From an uncultured cyanobacterium (GTDB lineage Bacteria; Cyanobacteriota; Cyanobacteriia; Phormidesmidales; Phormidesmidaceae), in assembly GCA_963793265.1 (NCBI GenBank), contig CAWBZI010000003.1, positions 32,001 to 96,000 on the forward strand: 64,000 nucleotides of DNA, given 5' to 3'. How positions within the stretch are numbered: the stretch's first letter is position 1; each line of letters opens with the position of its first letter. Positions 49,386-59,287 of the stretch are shown piece by piece. Below the pieces are notes generated by a model. The model was not told the DNA's origin. It saw nothing but the letters and a program-made list of their open reading frames with translations, and did no database searches. Both the position numbers and the translations under genes were made by a program.

Positions 49386-50324
49386 ATGGAGCCTTTTAGT
49401 TGGATACGCAAACGCTGGCGGTGGGGTGCGATATTTGCGATCGCCCTATCTTTTGCCCTGCTATTTCAATCCTGTGGTGGCACTGAACCCTACAGCAGCA
49501 GCGAAGCAGGTGATACCGCCACTGAGACTGTTACCAGTGCTGAAACGGATTCGCTGAAAGCGCTAGAAACAGAGCATGACGGCGATAAGCCTACCGCCAC
49601 GCCAATTGCCATGGCCGAGCCTGCCGTCCCCGTCACCGGAGAGTCAATCACTTACGCCACTGTAGAAGGCCAGCCCGTAACCGGCTACCTAGCTCAGCCT
49701 GAGACAGCAGAGGAAGGACTGCCTGCGATTATTGCTATTCATGAATGGTGGGGCCTAAACGAAAATATTGAGGCCATGGCTCGCCGATTGGCGGGAGAAG
49801 GCTACACCGTACTGGCCGTAGATTTGTATGGCGGTGAGGTGGCCACCGATCCAGACCAGGCCAAAGAACTGCTGCGCTCGGTGATGGATACACCTGGCCC
49901 CGCCCAAGAAAACCTGGCTCAGGCCGCGCAGTTTTTGACAGACGACTACAGCGCGCCGACGCTGGGTGTGATTGGCTGGTGCTTTGGGGGTAACTGGTCG
50001 CTAAGAAGCGGGCTGCTGCTGAGGGATTTGGATGCGATCGCTATCTACTACGGACAGCTCATCCTCGCACCCGAAGCCTTAGACGGCATTGAGGCTCCGG
50101 TGATTGGCTTTTTTGGTGAAGATGACAGCTCTATTCCGGTTCAAGACGTGGAGAATTTTGAGTCTACGCTGAACGATTTGGGCAAGGTTGCGGATATCAG
50201 CCTTTATCCTGGCGTAGGCCATGCGTTTGCAAATCCATCCGGGCAAAACTACGACGCTGAAGCGGCTGAGGATGCGTGGGAGAAAACGACTGCGTTTTTT
50301 GAGGCTAACCTTCAGGCTACTTGA
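49386..50324 (+). CDS. Dienelactone hydrolase family (lipo)protein
   Basis: IHEWWGLN, GWCFGG, HAFANPSG; LFQSC lipobox-like. Confidence 0.92.
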   Translation: MEPFSWIRKRWRWGAIFAIALSFALLFQSCGGTEPYSSSEAGDTATETVTSAETDSLKALETEHDGDKPTATPIAMAEPAVPVTGESITYATVEGQPVTGYLAQPETAEEGLPAIIAIHEWWGLNENIEAMARRLAGEGYTVLAVDLYGGEVATDPDQAKELLRSVMDTPGPAQENLAQAAQFLTDDYSAPTLGVIGWCFGGNWSLRSGLLLRDLDAIAIYYGQLILAPEALDGIEAPVIGFFGEDDSSIPVQDVENFESTLNDLGKVADISLYPGVGHAFANPSGQNYDAEAAEDAWEKTTAFFEANLQAT

Positions 50325-50338
50325 TCAAATTAATCACG

Positions 50339-52159
50339 CTACTTGGCGAGGATGACTTCGCGATAGGTGCCTGACTGCTTAAGCTGACCGCCCGAAAGCT
50401 CGTAGACGCGATCGCACTTCTCAATCGTAGAAAACCGATGCGCGATAATAATCAGCGTTCGCGACCCGGCAAGTGAGTTGATCGCCTGGCTGACAAGCTG
50501 CTCAGTTTCGGTATCGAGCGCAGACGTTGCCTCGTCTAGCACTAAAATTTCTCGGTTGTGATATAGCGCTCGCGCGATACCGATACGCTGACGCTGACCG
50601 CCTGAAACACGAACGCCGCGCTCACCGACTTCGGTTTTTACACCGTCTGGCATTTTATCGATCAAATCTTCTAGCTGGGCTGCCGTGATCGCTGCTTGCA
50701 ACCTTTCCGCATCAATCTCCTCTGGCGGCACCCCATAGGCAATATTCTGCTCAATCGTACTGTCCGTTAAAAAGATAGACTGCGGGATGTAGCCCAGCAA
50801 ATTCTGCCAGCCTCTAATGTCTTGATAGATAGACTGACCGTCTACCTTAATATCGCCCTGCTCCGGCTGTAGTAAGCCCAGCACAATATCCACCAGCGTC
50901 GTTTTACCCGAGCCCGACTTGCCCACTAGCGCAATCGACTCACCCTTTCGCAGCGTCAGTGAAAAGTCTGCAATCGCAGGCTTCTCGGCAGCAGGGTAGC
51001 GATAGGTGATGCCTTCTAAGGCGACATCGTACTTAAAAGGCATTGGCTGAGAGTCTTGCAAAGTCTGTGACTCTGCATGTCTCGTGTTTAGAGCGGTGAC
51101 TGTTGCATCAGAGCTAGCTGGAGCGATCGCACTTTTTGCCTCATACTTCTCAATCTCTTTAAGATCCATACAGAGCATATCAAGTGCAAACAAAGAGAAT
51201 CTAATCTGCCCTAGCGCGCATAAGATCTGACTTACCGCAGGTACCAGACGGATAGAAGCGACTGCAAACATGCCCATCACCGCCGTGAGTTCGCTGAGGC
51301 TACGACCCGACACGAGCTGCGAAAACACGATAAACACCAGCAGAAAAATCACCAAAATGGCTTCAATCGAAACCCGAGGCAGCACTCTAAAGCCATCTGC
51401 CCACACTGCCGCTTTGGCATACTGCTTAGAGTAAACGTCCAGCTCATCTTCAAAGTGACTTTCACAACCAATTACTTTTGTCTCTTTGAGCCCGCCTAAG
51501 CCATGATTGACCGCTGCAATCATGTTGTGATTAGACGTGCTCATCACCTCGCCCCATACTTTCACGCGCTTGCTAAGACGAGCAAACACCACAATCGTCG
51601 GCAGAATGATCACTAGTGCCACAATCAATAGTGAAATCTCGCTGTAGGCAAGCAGCGCTAACAGCACGCCCATCACAATAACGTTTGCGATAATCTCTAA
51701 GAGTGGAATTAAGCTGTTGGTTGTAAATTGATGAGATTCAATGGCAATATTTTTAATTAAAACGGCGCTGTTTTTATTGAGATGAAAAATATAGGGAATG
51801 CGCAGATAGGTACGCATCAGGCGTGACTCTAGCTGATTTTTTTGCCAATAGCTGTACTTGAGGATGTAGAGCTTACAAAGGAAATAAACTACTGTTTTGA
51901 GGCAGAACAAAACAATGAGAATAACGGCTAGCCCGGTGACAATCTCTGAGTCAGTTTGAAGATTTAAGCTTTCAAGCAAGCCACTCAAGAAGCTGTTGCG
52001 AGCAATACTAGGGTCAGCAGCAACGGCTAAAAAAGGCGCAATCAGGCCGACGCCCAAAGCTTCGAGTACCGAAGAAAATACAAAAGAGGCCACCAACAGA
52101 CCTAGCTGAAGGCGGCTACCCGAGAGTATATATAAGATTTTTGATAGATACTGAAACAT
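50339..52159 (-). CDS. ABC transporter permease/ATPase (HetA/PglK-like polysaccharide exporter)
   Basis: TMD plus GKSGSGKTT, VSGGQRQRIGIARALY, LDEATSALD. Confidence 0.92.
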   Translation of the reverse strand: MFQYLSKILYILSGSRLQLGLLVASFVFSSVLEALGVGLIAPFLAVAADPSIARNSFLSGLLESLNLQTDSEIVTGLAVILIVLFCLKTVVYFLCKLYILKYSYWQKNQLESRLMRTYLRIPYIFHLNKNSAVLIKNIAIESHQFTTNSLIPLLEIIANVIVMGVLLALLAYSEISLLIVALVIILPTIVVFARLSKRVKVWGEVMSTSNHNMIAAVNHGLGGLKETKVIGCESHFEDELDVYSKQYAKAAVWADGFRVLPRVSIEAILVIFLLVFIVFSQLVSGRSLSELTAVMGMFAVASIRLVPAVSQILCALGQIRFSLFALDMLCMDLKEIEKYEAKSAIAPASSDATVTALNTRHAESQTLQDSQPMPFKYDVALEGITYRYPAAEKPAIADFSLTLRKGESIALVGKSGSGKTTLVDIVLGLLQPEQGDIKVDGQSIYQDIRGWQNLLGYIPQSIFLTDSTIEQNIAYGVPPEEIDAERLQAAITAAQLEDLIDKMPDGVKTEVGERGVRVSGGQRQRIGIARALYHNREILVLDEATSALDTETEQLVSQAINSLAGSRTLIIIAHRFSTIEKCDRVYELSGGQLKQSGTYREVILAK

Positions 52160-52269
52160 TAAGTAGCGTCCTTCAGGAAATTTTAGGCAAGTCTTGGGTC
52201 AGAAACAGGTGAGTTAAAACGCTATCACTGGCTTTTCAATAGCATCCCAGTGGACTCTAAAGAGACTTC

Positions 52270-53595
52270 TCATGGGCGAGCACCGACGCTCAACAGCTCA
52301 TTACCTGCCGCATCAGCCGCCAACAAATCAGCCGCCAACAAATCAGCCGGTTCATCCTCTGGCAATACATCAGGCACCATGAGCTGATAAAGCTTTTTTG
52401 CTTCGTGGTGAATGTTGAAGTCTTGACTGACTTTTTGCCGTCCGAGATCGCCCAACCGCCGCCTCAGCTCACCATCACTCAAAAGCTGCCCAATCCGATC
52501 CGTCAGCGCGTCCACATCGCTCGGCGGCACCAGATAGCCATTCACGCCATCTTCTACCAGCTCACTGACGCCCGCAATCTGAGTGGCCACCACTGGCAAT
52601 CCCGTCATCATCGCCTCCATCAGCACCACTGGCACCCCTTCAGCAAAGCTCGACATCACAAAAACATCAGCAGATTGAAGATACTGACGCACGGCTGCGG
52701 GTGACTGATAGCCGACAAAATCGACGCGATCGCTCAGTCCCAGCGACCCTGCCCTATCTTCTAACTCCGCTCGATCAACCCCATCTCCCACCACCGTTAG
52801 CCGCACGTCTTCATGCCTCAGCCTCAGCGCCGCCATGCTCTGCAACAAAATCGGCAAACCCTTAGCCGCCGCCAAACGGCCTACATACACTAGGCGCGAG
52901 CCGCTAGAACGCGCGAGCCGAGGGGACTCAAACTGCTTCGGGTCAACGCCGCAGTGAACAATATGCAGGTTCTCCCAGGTATGCCAGGGGGCGAAAATCA
53001 TGGTTTGGCTGCGGCAAAAGTAGCTGATGCAGCTTACGAATTTGGCGCGGCTAATTTTTTCATCAAGTCGCCAGCGGTAAGGCTCGAAGAAGATGCCGGG
53101 GCCATGGAGGGTGAAGCTGTAGTCGAAGCTGCCAAGCGCTGAGGCCAGCATGGCAACCGTGCAGCTAGAGTCACCGAAATGGTTGTGTAAGTGGGTGATG
53201 CCCTGCTGCTGTAGTCGGTGGGCGAGTAAACCGGCTTCTAAAAAATAGATGAGCTGGTAGAGGGTGCCTCGCAGGCCAAGCTGTCGGGTGCCCCAGGCCA
53301 GAGCGATCGCCTGAAGATAGCGTTTAGGCGCAGCGCTGAGCAGCAGCCAGTGAGCCAGCAGCAGCTCGAATGGATTGACGGGCAGTAGATAGCTGGTGTG
53401 ATCGCACTCTTTCTGTTGGTCTTCGCTGAGCGTGCCCGTGGCTTTAGGCGATCGCACCGAAAACGTATGCACGGTCGTGCCATCGACCTTGCCGTGCTGC
53501 CGCAACGCGGCAATTTCCCTCTGGATAAAAGTATCGGTCACCCGAGGATATTCACCGGTCAGGTAGGCGATACGCATGAGATGTTTCATAGTCAT
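52270..53595 (-). CDS. Glycosyltransferase family 4 (WcaL-like)
   Basis: HLHNHF, FTLHGP, VGRLAAAKG, SFAEGVPVVLMEAM. Confidence 0.93.
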   Translation of the reverse strand: MTMKHLMRIAYLTGEYPRVTDTFIQREIAALRQHGKVDGTTVHTFSVRSPKATGTLSEDQQKECDHTSYLLPVNPFELLLAHWLLLSAAPKRYLQAIALAWGTRQLGLRGTLYQLIYFLEAGLLAHRLQQQGITHLHNHFGDSSCTVAMLASALGSFDYSFTLHGPGIFFEPYRWRLDEKISRAKFVSCISYFCRSQTMIFAPWHTWENLHIVHCGVDPKQFESPRLARSSGSRLVYVGRLAAAKGLPILLQSMAALRLRHEDVRLTVVGDGVDRAELEDRAGSLGLSDRVDFVGYQSPAAVRQYLQSADVFVMSSFAEGVPVVLMEAMMTGLPVVATQIAGVSELVEDGVNGYLVPPSDVDALTDRIGQLLSDGELRRRLGDLGRQKVSQDFNIHHEAKKLYQLMVPDVLPEDEPADLLAADLLAADAAGNELLSVGARP

Positions 53596-54728
53596 CGGCC
53601 TGCCTGAACGGGAATGCCTACCACCAGGGCGCTAACGCCCACCAAATCCTGGTTGCTACAGCTTCGGCTAAAGGCTGCTTCCATGTCGTATTGGGGTGTC
53701 CAGCCCAGCAATGCTTTGGCTTTGTGATTGTTGTACTTGAGCGGCTTAAACCGGCCCTGTAGCTTAGCGGGCACCAAAATGCCGGGTAGCTTGGCTTTGC
53801 CGCCGAGGAAGGTTTGGCTGTACCACCAGGCCAGATTGGCGATTGAGCGCATCATAAACCAGCTCACCGGAATCAGCTTGGGGGGCTCTGGCGTATAGGC
53901 GAGGAGCTGCTTTAGGTAGGCTTTTTGGGTGGGCAGATGGTCGTCTACGAGGTTGATGGTTTGGCCAATCGCGGCAGGTGCGTTTAGGGCAAGGGCGATC
54001 GCCTCCGCGCAGTTTTCAACGTAGGCCATTGGTAGCGTGGCTCTACCGCCGATTTTTAACATGCGATTTGCGCCGACCTCTGCACCAATCAGCGCGTGCC
54101 ACAAATTATCACGACCGTAAATCATCCCAGGCCGCAAAATCGTCACATCGCCTTCAAAAGCGCGATACAGCTTTTCTTGAATCAGCTTAGTCTGAGCGTA
54201 CTCGTCACGGTTCTTAGGATTGCTTTCAATCGGCGCGCCTTCATCCAGCAGACGGTTGGGCTTCATGCCTAAAAAGTCGTACACAGAGAAAGTGCTGATT
54301 GCCACAAGCTGCCGAACGCTCGCTTGATTCATGGCCCACAGCAAATTTTCGGTCGCCATCACCGTACCGGCAAACTGATCGTAAAAATCGCCTGACTTTA
54401 CCGCGGCCAGGTGAATAACCGCATCGGCAGCAGCGACAGCCTCCACCAGTCCTCGCCTTTGGCGTAAGTCCTGGCGCACAAAGGTTACCTGAGGATGGTC
54501 GTACCAGCTCAGGCCGGTTACGTTCGTTTTGGCACGCACGTTGGCAAGCACCTCATGGCCTGCTCGCAGCACCGCCGCGACAACATACTGGCCGACAAAA
54601 CCAGCAGCGCCGGTAATAAAGACTTTCTTAGAGGGGTTAGCGTTCATCTGTTTAGCAGCGTTCTGGTTAATGGCTTTTTGAAGGTTCTTTTGAGAAGCGT
54701 TCTGGAGGGCTTTAAGCGTGAACGTCAT
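53592..54728 (-). CDS. NAD-dependent epimerase/dehydratase
   Basis: TGAAGFVG, IHLAA, YAQTK, LRPGMIYG. Confidence 0.92.
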   Translation of the reverse strand: MTFTLKALQNASQKNLQKAINQNAAKQMNANPSKKVFITGAAGFVGQYVVAAVLRAGHEVLANVRAKTNVTGLSWYDHPQVTFVRQDLRQRRGLVEAVAAADAVIHLAAVKSGDFYDQFAGTVMATENLLWAMNQASVRQLVAISTFSVYDFLGMKPNRLLDEGAPIESNPKNRDEYAQTKLIQEKLYRAFEGDVTILRPGMIYGRDNLWHALIGAEVGANRMLKIGGRATLPMAYVENCAEAIALALNAPAAIGQTINLVDDHLPTQKAYLKQLLAYTPEPPKLIPVSWFMMRSIANLAWWYSQTFLGGKAKLPGILVPAKLQGRFKPLKYNNHKAKALLGWTPQYDMEAAFSRSCSNQDLVGVSALVVGIPVQAGR

Positions 54729-55810
54729 AGTCTGTTTTCTGAGGCCAGTAGGGCTTCAACCAGACGGCTCGTGCGGGCCATATCATCAAATCCAATCGGG
54801 GGAGCGCTATTGTTGCTTAGCGCTTCGTAGGTTTCACCGAGCAAATAGTGCAGACCGTCGTAGGCGTTGCGCTGCATGATTTTGCTACGGAAGTTGCGAA
54901 CGCTGGCACTCATCAGCTCCCAGCCGCTAACAAAGTGATTGACTAAAGGTGAAAGCTGTTTGCCAACGCTGCGGGGGACGACACAGCGCAGGTAAGGCTG
55001 GAACAGATCGGTTTCGGCATAGCCGCGATCGCCCCGTACCGTGATTGAAAAGCAGTCAGGGGCGGTATAGCTGCTAAAGCGAATGCGACCGTGCGTAGAG
55101 CCTGCTACGACCAAAGCATCGAGATCGTCATACTTAAACAAATCGCCGCCGCCGTGGTTACTCCAAGCGGCTGATACGCGATCAAAGCCCTCTGCCTTAT
55201 TGGCTCCTCTGTCTGAGTGGGGCATAAATGAAAGTAACAGGTAGCTCAGGTGTGTGATGAAGTCGTGAATCACCCCGGCAGGCATCTTGTGAATGGGGTT
55301 CGGCATGTTCTCATCGGCGTATCGTCCGCCGCTGCGCAAATCTAACGCCATGCGAATTTCGACTTCTTGCACGGTGCCGAGGGTGCCGTCATCAATCAAA
55401 GCCTGAATAGCGCGAACCGGGGCGTTGAAGCGATAGTTGTGGTCTTCGATGAGGAAGCGATCGCACTCCCGAGAAATCTGCCACAGGTCTTTAAATTCGC
55501 GGTAGGTGGGCGCAACTGGCTTTTCACAAATGACATGTGCCCCGGCTCGCAAACAGTCAGTCGCGATCGTCATGTGCGTTTGAGGCGGGGTGAGAATATG
55601 AACCACGTCGGGCTTTTCAGCCGAGAGCATTTGCTGATAGTTGGTGTAGGCAGCAGCAGCCTGAAACGTTTCTACGGCATAGTCCGCAGCAGCAGGCGAC
55701 AGGTCGCAGACGCCAACGATATGAGTGCGATCGCTCTCTTGCAAAAAAGAAAGATGCTGCTTGGAAATCACTCCGGTGCCGATAACGGCGGATTTGAGCG
55801 CTGCTGTCAT
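54725..55810 (-). CDS. Gfo/Idh/MocA oxidoreductase
   Basis: IGTGVIS, HILTPPQTH, VICEKP, DFITH. Confidence 0.9.
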   Translation of the reverse strand: MTAALKSAVIGTGVISKQHLSFLQESDRTHIVGVCDLSPAAADYAVETFQAAAAYTNYQQMLSAEKPDVVHILTPPQTHMTIATDCLRAGAHVICEKPVAPTYREFKDLWQISRECDRFLIEDHNYRFNAPVRAIQALIDDGTLGTVQEVEIRMALDLRSGGRYADENMPNPIHKMPAGVIHDFITHLSYLLLSFMPHSDRGANKAEGFDRVSAAWSNHGGGDLFKYDDLDALVVAGSTHGRIRFSSYTAPDCFSITVRGDRGYAETDLFQPYLRCVVPRSVGKQLSPLVNHFVSGWELMSASVRNFRSKIMQRNAYDGLHYLLGETYEALSNNSAPPIGFDDMARTSRLVEALLASENRL

Positions 55811-56143
55811 AGGTAGAACTGCCTTTGAGCACATGGGTAGCGTTAGGCGCGATATAAAGTAACTCTTCTTTCGCCCATACACAACAAAAGAAGGAGGGAC
55901 GAAAAAAATAGTTCCGCGCTTTGCAGATCTTTCATGCGGGTCTTGCAACTGTGAACCAATGTTTTTGAAGGATCTGTGAGGGCTTTGTGTTGGTTTAAAG
56001 CGATCGCGTAAATTCTGCCAGGATGTTCGGAACTTTCGTCAAATCGCTAACTTCTGTTCTATGAGAGGCTAGAAATAGCGAGGCTTTGAAACGATAGGGC
56101 CAAGATCGGTAAAGCTTGCAGTTAGTAAGAGTAATAGGGCGGC

Positions 56144-57859
56144 ATGAAACTTGAAAAGGCACGGCTGCTAATTGTGCTAGAGCGCGGGGACTATCGAACA
56201 CATCTAAACCAACTGTTAGAGCAGGCGTTCGACCAGGCGGTCACGAAGGTGTTCGGCCATATCGACTCAGACCAGCCGGAGATTGGGCTTGCCCCTAGCG
56301 ATCAGCCCATCCGCACAGAACTGCCTAGAACACTGCCTATCTTGCAGCCTGAGGAGCCCAGTACTACTGGGGCTGATGCTGAGTTAGGCGCAATCGACTT
56401 GTACGTATTGGAAGCGGCAAACTACTGGCGATCACATCTCCAAGAAGTTGCCATTTTCTCCATTCATTCAGTCGAACCCTATAGCAAAGTTTCGGCCACT
56501 GGCGTCCGACTTATGGGCGGCGGATTGCAGCCTGCGGCCAGCGCAGACACTGCAAACGAAACAGAAAGAGAGCGTAAGATCGTGCGCCTGATCGCTGACT
56601 ATTGCCCAACGCACCTCGTTATCTGTACGCCTTCTGGAGCCGTTTTGGGCTGGGCTAATCGTAATCAAATTCCTAGCGTCGTGCTGCTTCGCGACTGGCA
56701 GGAGCCCTTGGGATGGAAACAGCGCTGGTGGCACAGAACCCTAATCAATCATCTCAATCATGACAGCGTAGCCTGGGTGGGAAGCCATGGCGCGTACGCC
56801 TGCAAAATTCTTGAGGCCAGTGGCATTAGCGATCGCAAGCTGATCCCTTGGGGATGGCCTCAACCTGAGCTATTCGAGCAGCATTCTGCTAAGCCACTTC
56901 GATATCGCCGCGATCGCACCGAGCTGGTTTACGTCGGCGCTATGAACGCAAGTGCGGGCGTCAGCGATCTGCTACAGGCTGTGGGCCATCTACAGCAAAA
57001 GGGACATGCTGTTCACCTATCGCTCATCTGCCAAACCTTTCAAAAGAAACAGCCATCTGACCAGTGGCCTAGCCGTAGGCCAGTTAAACCAAAAGACAAA
57101 GCAGACGAGATCTTAGGACAGCCATCTTCACTGGTATCTTCGCTGGCAACCGCTTCACTACCCAATAAAATTCAGGCCAGTCATCCCGACGACATCTTAG
57201 GCAAGCCCATTGAAGCAAATCAAGCCCCTCAGCATCAAGAACTCATCCAGCTAGACACCCAGCTAGGGAAGAACTTAGCGCAGTTGCGAAAGCAGATTGA
57301 GCAGCTAAACCTCAGCGAATGCATCACGGTTGTACCCGCGCTTTCTGAGTCGGCGCTAATCGCTAAAATTAGAGCCGCCGACCTGATTGTCATTCCCAAC
57401 GTTGATCGCGACTGGCCCACCACCACGCCACCTAGCCTGCATTTGGCCATGGCCGCGCGTACGCCTGTAATCGCTGCCGATTGTCCTCACTTCAGCCAGC
57501 ATCTTCTACACGGCGTTAATGCCATGATTTTTCCGGTGGGCAATGCCAAATCAATGGCGCATCGCATTGAGCGGGTGATGGGTCAGCCTCAGCTTTACAA
57601 GCAGCTTTCGGAGGCGTTGGAAGTTACCGTATCGACCCTTAACGTACCGGCTCAGTGGGCCGAGCTAATCGACTATTGGCTCAACTCAGCAGCAGATATG
57701 CCAGCGGGCGCAGATAACCATCAGCGGCTCTGCAACTGGGCCTTTTCATCAGGCCGCTATCAAACATCGGCTTGCGGCCTAACCATTCCACCAACCGTTC
57801 CCTCAGCAAAGAGACGCTTCGCCCAAAGAAGCGCACAGAGAAACTTTGTGACGCGCTAG
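56144..57859 (+). CDS. GT4-fold glycosyltransferase-like protein with degenerate motifs
   Basis: LVYVG..AGVSDLLQA, ADLIVIP, AMAARTPVIAAD, GNAKSMA; EX7E residues absent. Confidence 0.75.
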   Translation: MKLEKARLLIVLERGDYRTHLNQLLEQAFDQAVTKVFGHIDSDQPEIGLAPSDQPIRTELPRTLPILQPEEPSTTGADAELGAIDLYVLEAANYWRSHLQEVAIFSIHSVEPYSKVSATGVRLMGGGLQPAASADTANETERERKIVRLIADYCPTHLVICTPSGAVLGWANRNQIPSVVLLRDWQEPLGWKQRWWHRTLINHLNHDSVAWVGSHGAYACKILEASGISDRKLIPWGWPQPELFEQHSAKPLRYRRDRTELVYVGAMNASAGVSDLLQAVGHLQQKGHAVHLSLICQTFQKKQPSDQWPSRRPVKPKDKADEILGQPSSLVSSLATASLPNKIQASHPDDILGKPIEANQAPQHQELIQLDTQLGKNLAQLRKQIEQLNLSECITVVPALSESALIAKIRAADLIVIPNVDRDWPTTTPPSLHLAMAARTPVIAADCPHFSQHLLHGVNAMIFPVGNAKSMAHRIERVMGQPQLYKQLSEALEVTVSTLNVPAQWAELIDYWLNSAADMPAGADNHQRLCNWAFSSGRYQTSACGLTIPPTVPSAKRRFAQRSAQRNFVTR

Positions 57860-57898
57860 GTCGTCTTTTTAAACCTCCTGAAAATCAGCCGCACTCCC

Positions 57899-59287
57899 TT
57901 GTCGAATAGTATTGGTTCAAACTCACAGGCGGCACCGCCTGCTACCAGTTCTCAAACCAGAATAGCCTTGTTTGAAAAGGGCTACAGCATTGTCTGCTGG
58001 CTATTTTTTTGTAACGGCATTAATACCGTCCTCAACGAAAACGAGCTGATTCTGAAGCTGTTGAGGTACGGCATTTTACTCGTGGCCCTGCTGCTGCTAA
58101 GTGCTCGGTGGAAGACAACGCTGCGGGCGATCGCAAAAGGTGGAATGCTCTGGGCCATTGTGGGCCTTATGATTCTGTCTTTGGGCTGGAGCATTTCGCC
58201 TGGCTACACCATGGACAGCATTCGCGGCGAGGTGCTGCCGATGACGGCCTTCGCGCTCTACTTTGCCTCTCGGTTCAACATTCGAGAGCAAATGCAGATG
58301 GTTGCAATCACGCTGGGCATTGGCGCGGCGCTCTCTTTGTTTTATGCCGTTGCGATTCCTTCGATAGGCAAGCACGTTGGCGATGAGTTCGATGGCGCTT
58401 GGAAAGGTATCTACGCGCAAAAGAACAACTTTTCGACCACAATGACGCTGACGATGCTGGTCTTTTTTGTGCTCAGCCTTGTCAATCAAGACCGTAAGGA
58501 AAAGCTGCTCGCTAGGCTTGGCTTGGGCTTTTCAGTGGCCTTAATTTTGCTCTCTACCTCTAAGTCGGGGCTGATTGTTTTTATCACCATGCTGCTGGTT
58601 GTCGCCATCTCTCGCCAGTTTCACTGGCAGGGTCGGCGCAGCGTGCTCGTTTTGGACTTAGGCGGCTTAAGCTTTTTAGGACTGTGCTCCGTTTTATCGG
58701 TGACCTGGCAAACCATTGTCATCGCACTTGGCAAAGACCCTACATTATCGGCGCGTACCTACATTTGGACGGGCTCGCTTGAGAAAATTATGGCTGAGCC
58801 GCTGCTGGGCTATGGCCGGGCGGCGTTTTGGGTGCCCGATAGCATCCCGGCTTGGGAGGTGGGCGCTTTGGCCTCAAAAGGATTTGTGCCTGCTCACGCC
58901 CATAACGGCTTTATGGATATGGCCCTAGAGATTGGCCTGTTGGGGCTAGGCATATTCGTCCTTAGCTTAATTCCCACCTACGGCCTAGCGTTGAGACGCG
59001 CCTACCAATCTCGCGAACCTGAAGACTTGTGGCCTTTCACCTTTCTCACGCTGATGGTGATTAGCAACATGACTGAAACAGTTTTAATCACGCGCACGTC
59101 TCCCTACTGGGTGATGTATATGGTGGTGTTTTTATCTTTGCGCATTTGGCCCAAGCGAACCCTTCGCGAGGTGCCTGTAGAGATAGCGCCTAGTCTTGAG
59201 AGTCAAAGAACTAGGTTAAGAGCACCAATTCCAGAAAGCAGACCTGAAACCAGACCCGAAATCCTAGCGCTACCGATGAAAAGATGA
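57899..59287 (+). CDS. O-antigen ligase/Wzy-like polymerase (ExoQ-like)
   Basis: Many TMs, WKGIYAQKN, LGKDPTLSART.IW, PLLGYG, HAHNGF. Confidence 0.88.
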   Translation: MSNSIGSNSQAAPPATSSQTRIALFEKGYSIVCWLFFCNGINTVLNENELILKLLRYGILLVALLLLSARWKTTLRAIAKGGMLWAIVGLMILSLGWSISPGYTMDSIRGEVLPMTAFALYFASRFNIREQMQMVAITLGIGAALSLFYAVAIPSIGKHVGDEFDGAWKGIYAQKNNFSTTMTLTMLVFFVLSLVNQDRKEKLLARLGLGFSVALILLSTSKSGLIVFITMLLVVAISRQFHWQGRRSVLVLDLGGLSFLGLCSVLSVTWQTIVIALGKDPTLSARTYIWTGSLEKIMAEPLLGYGRAAFWVPDSIPAWEVGALASKGFVPAHAHNGFMDMALEIGLLGLGIFVLSLIPTYGLALRRAYQSREPEDLWPFTFLTLMVISNMTETVLITRTSPYWVMYMVVFLSLRIWPKRTLREVPVEIAPSLESQRTRLRAPIPESRPETRPEILALPMKR

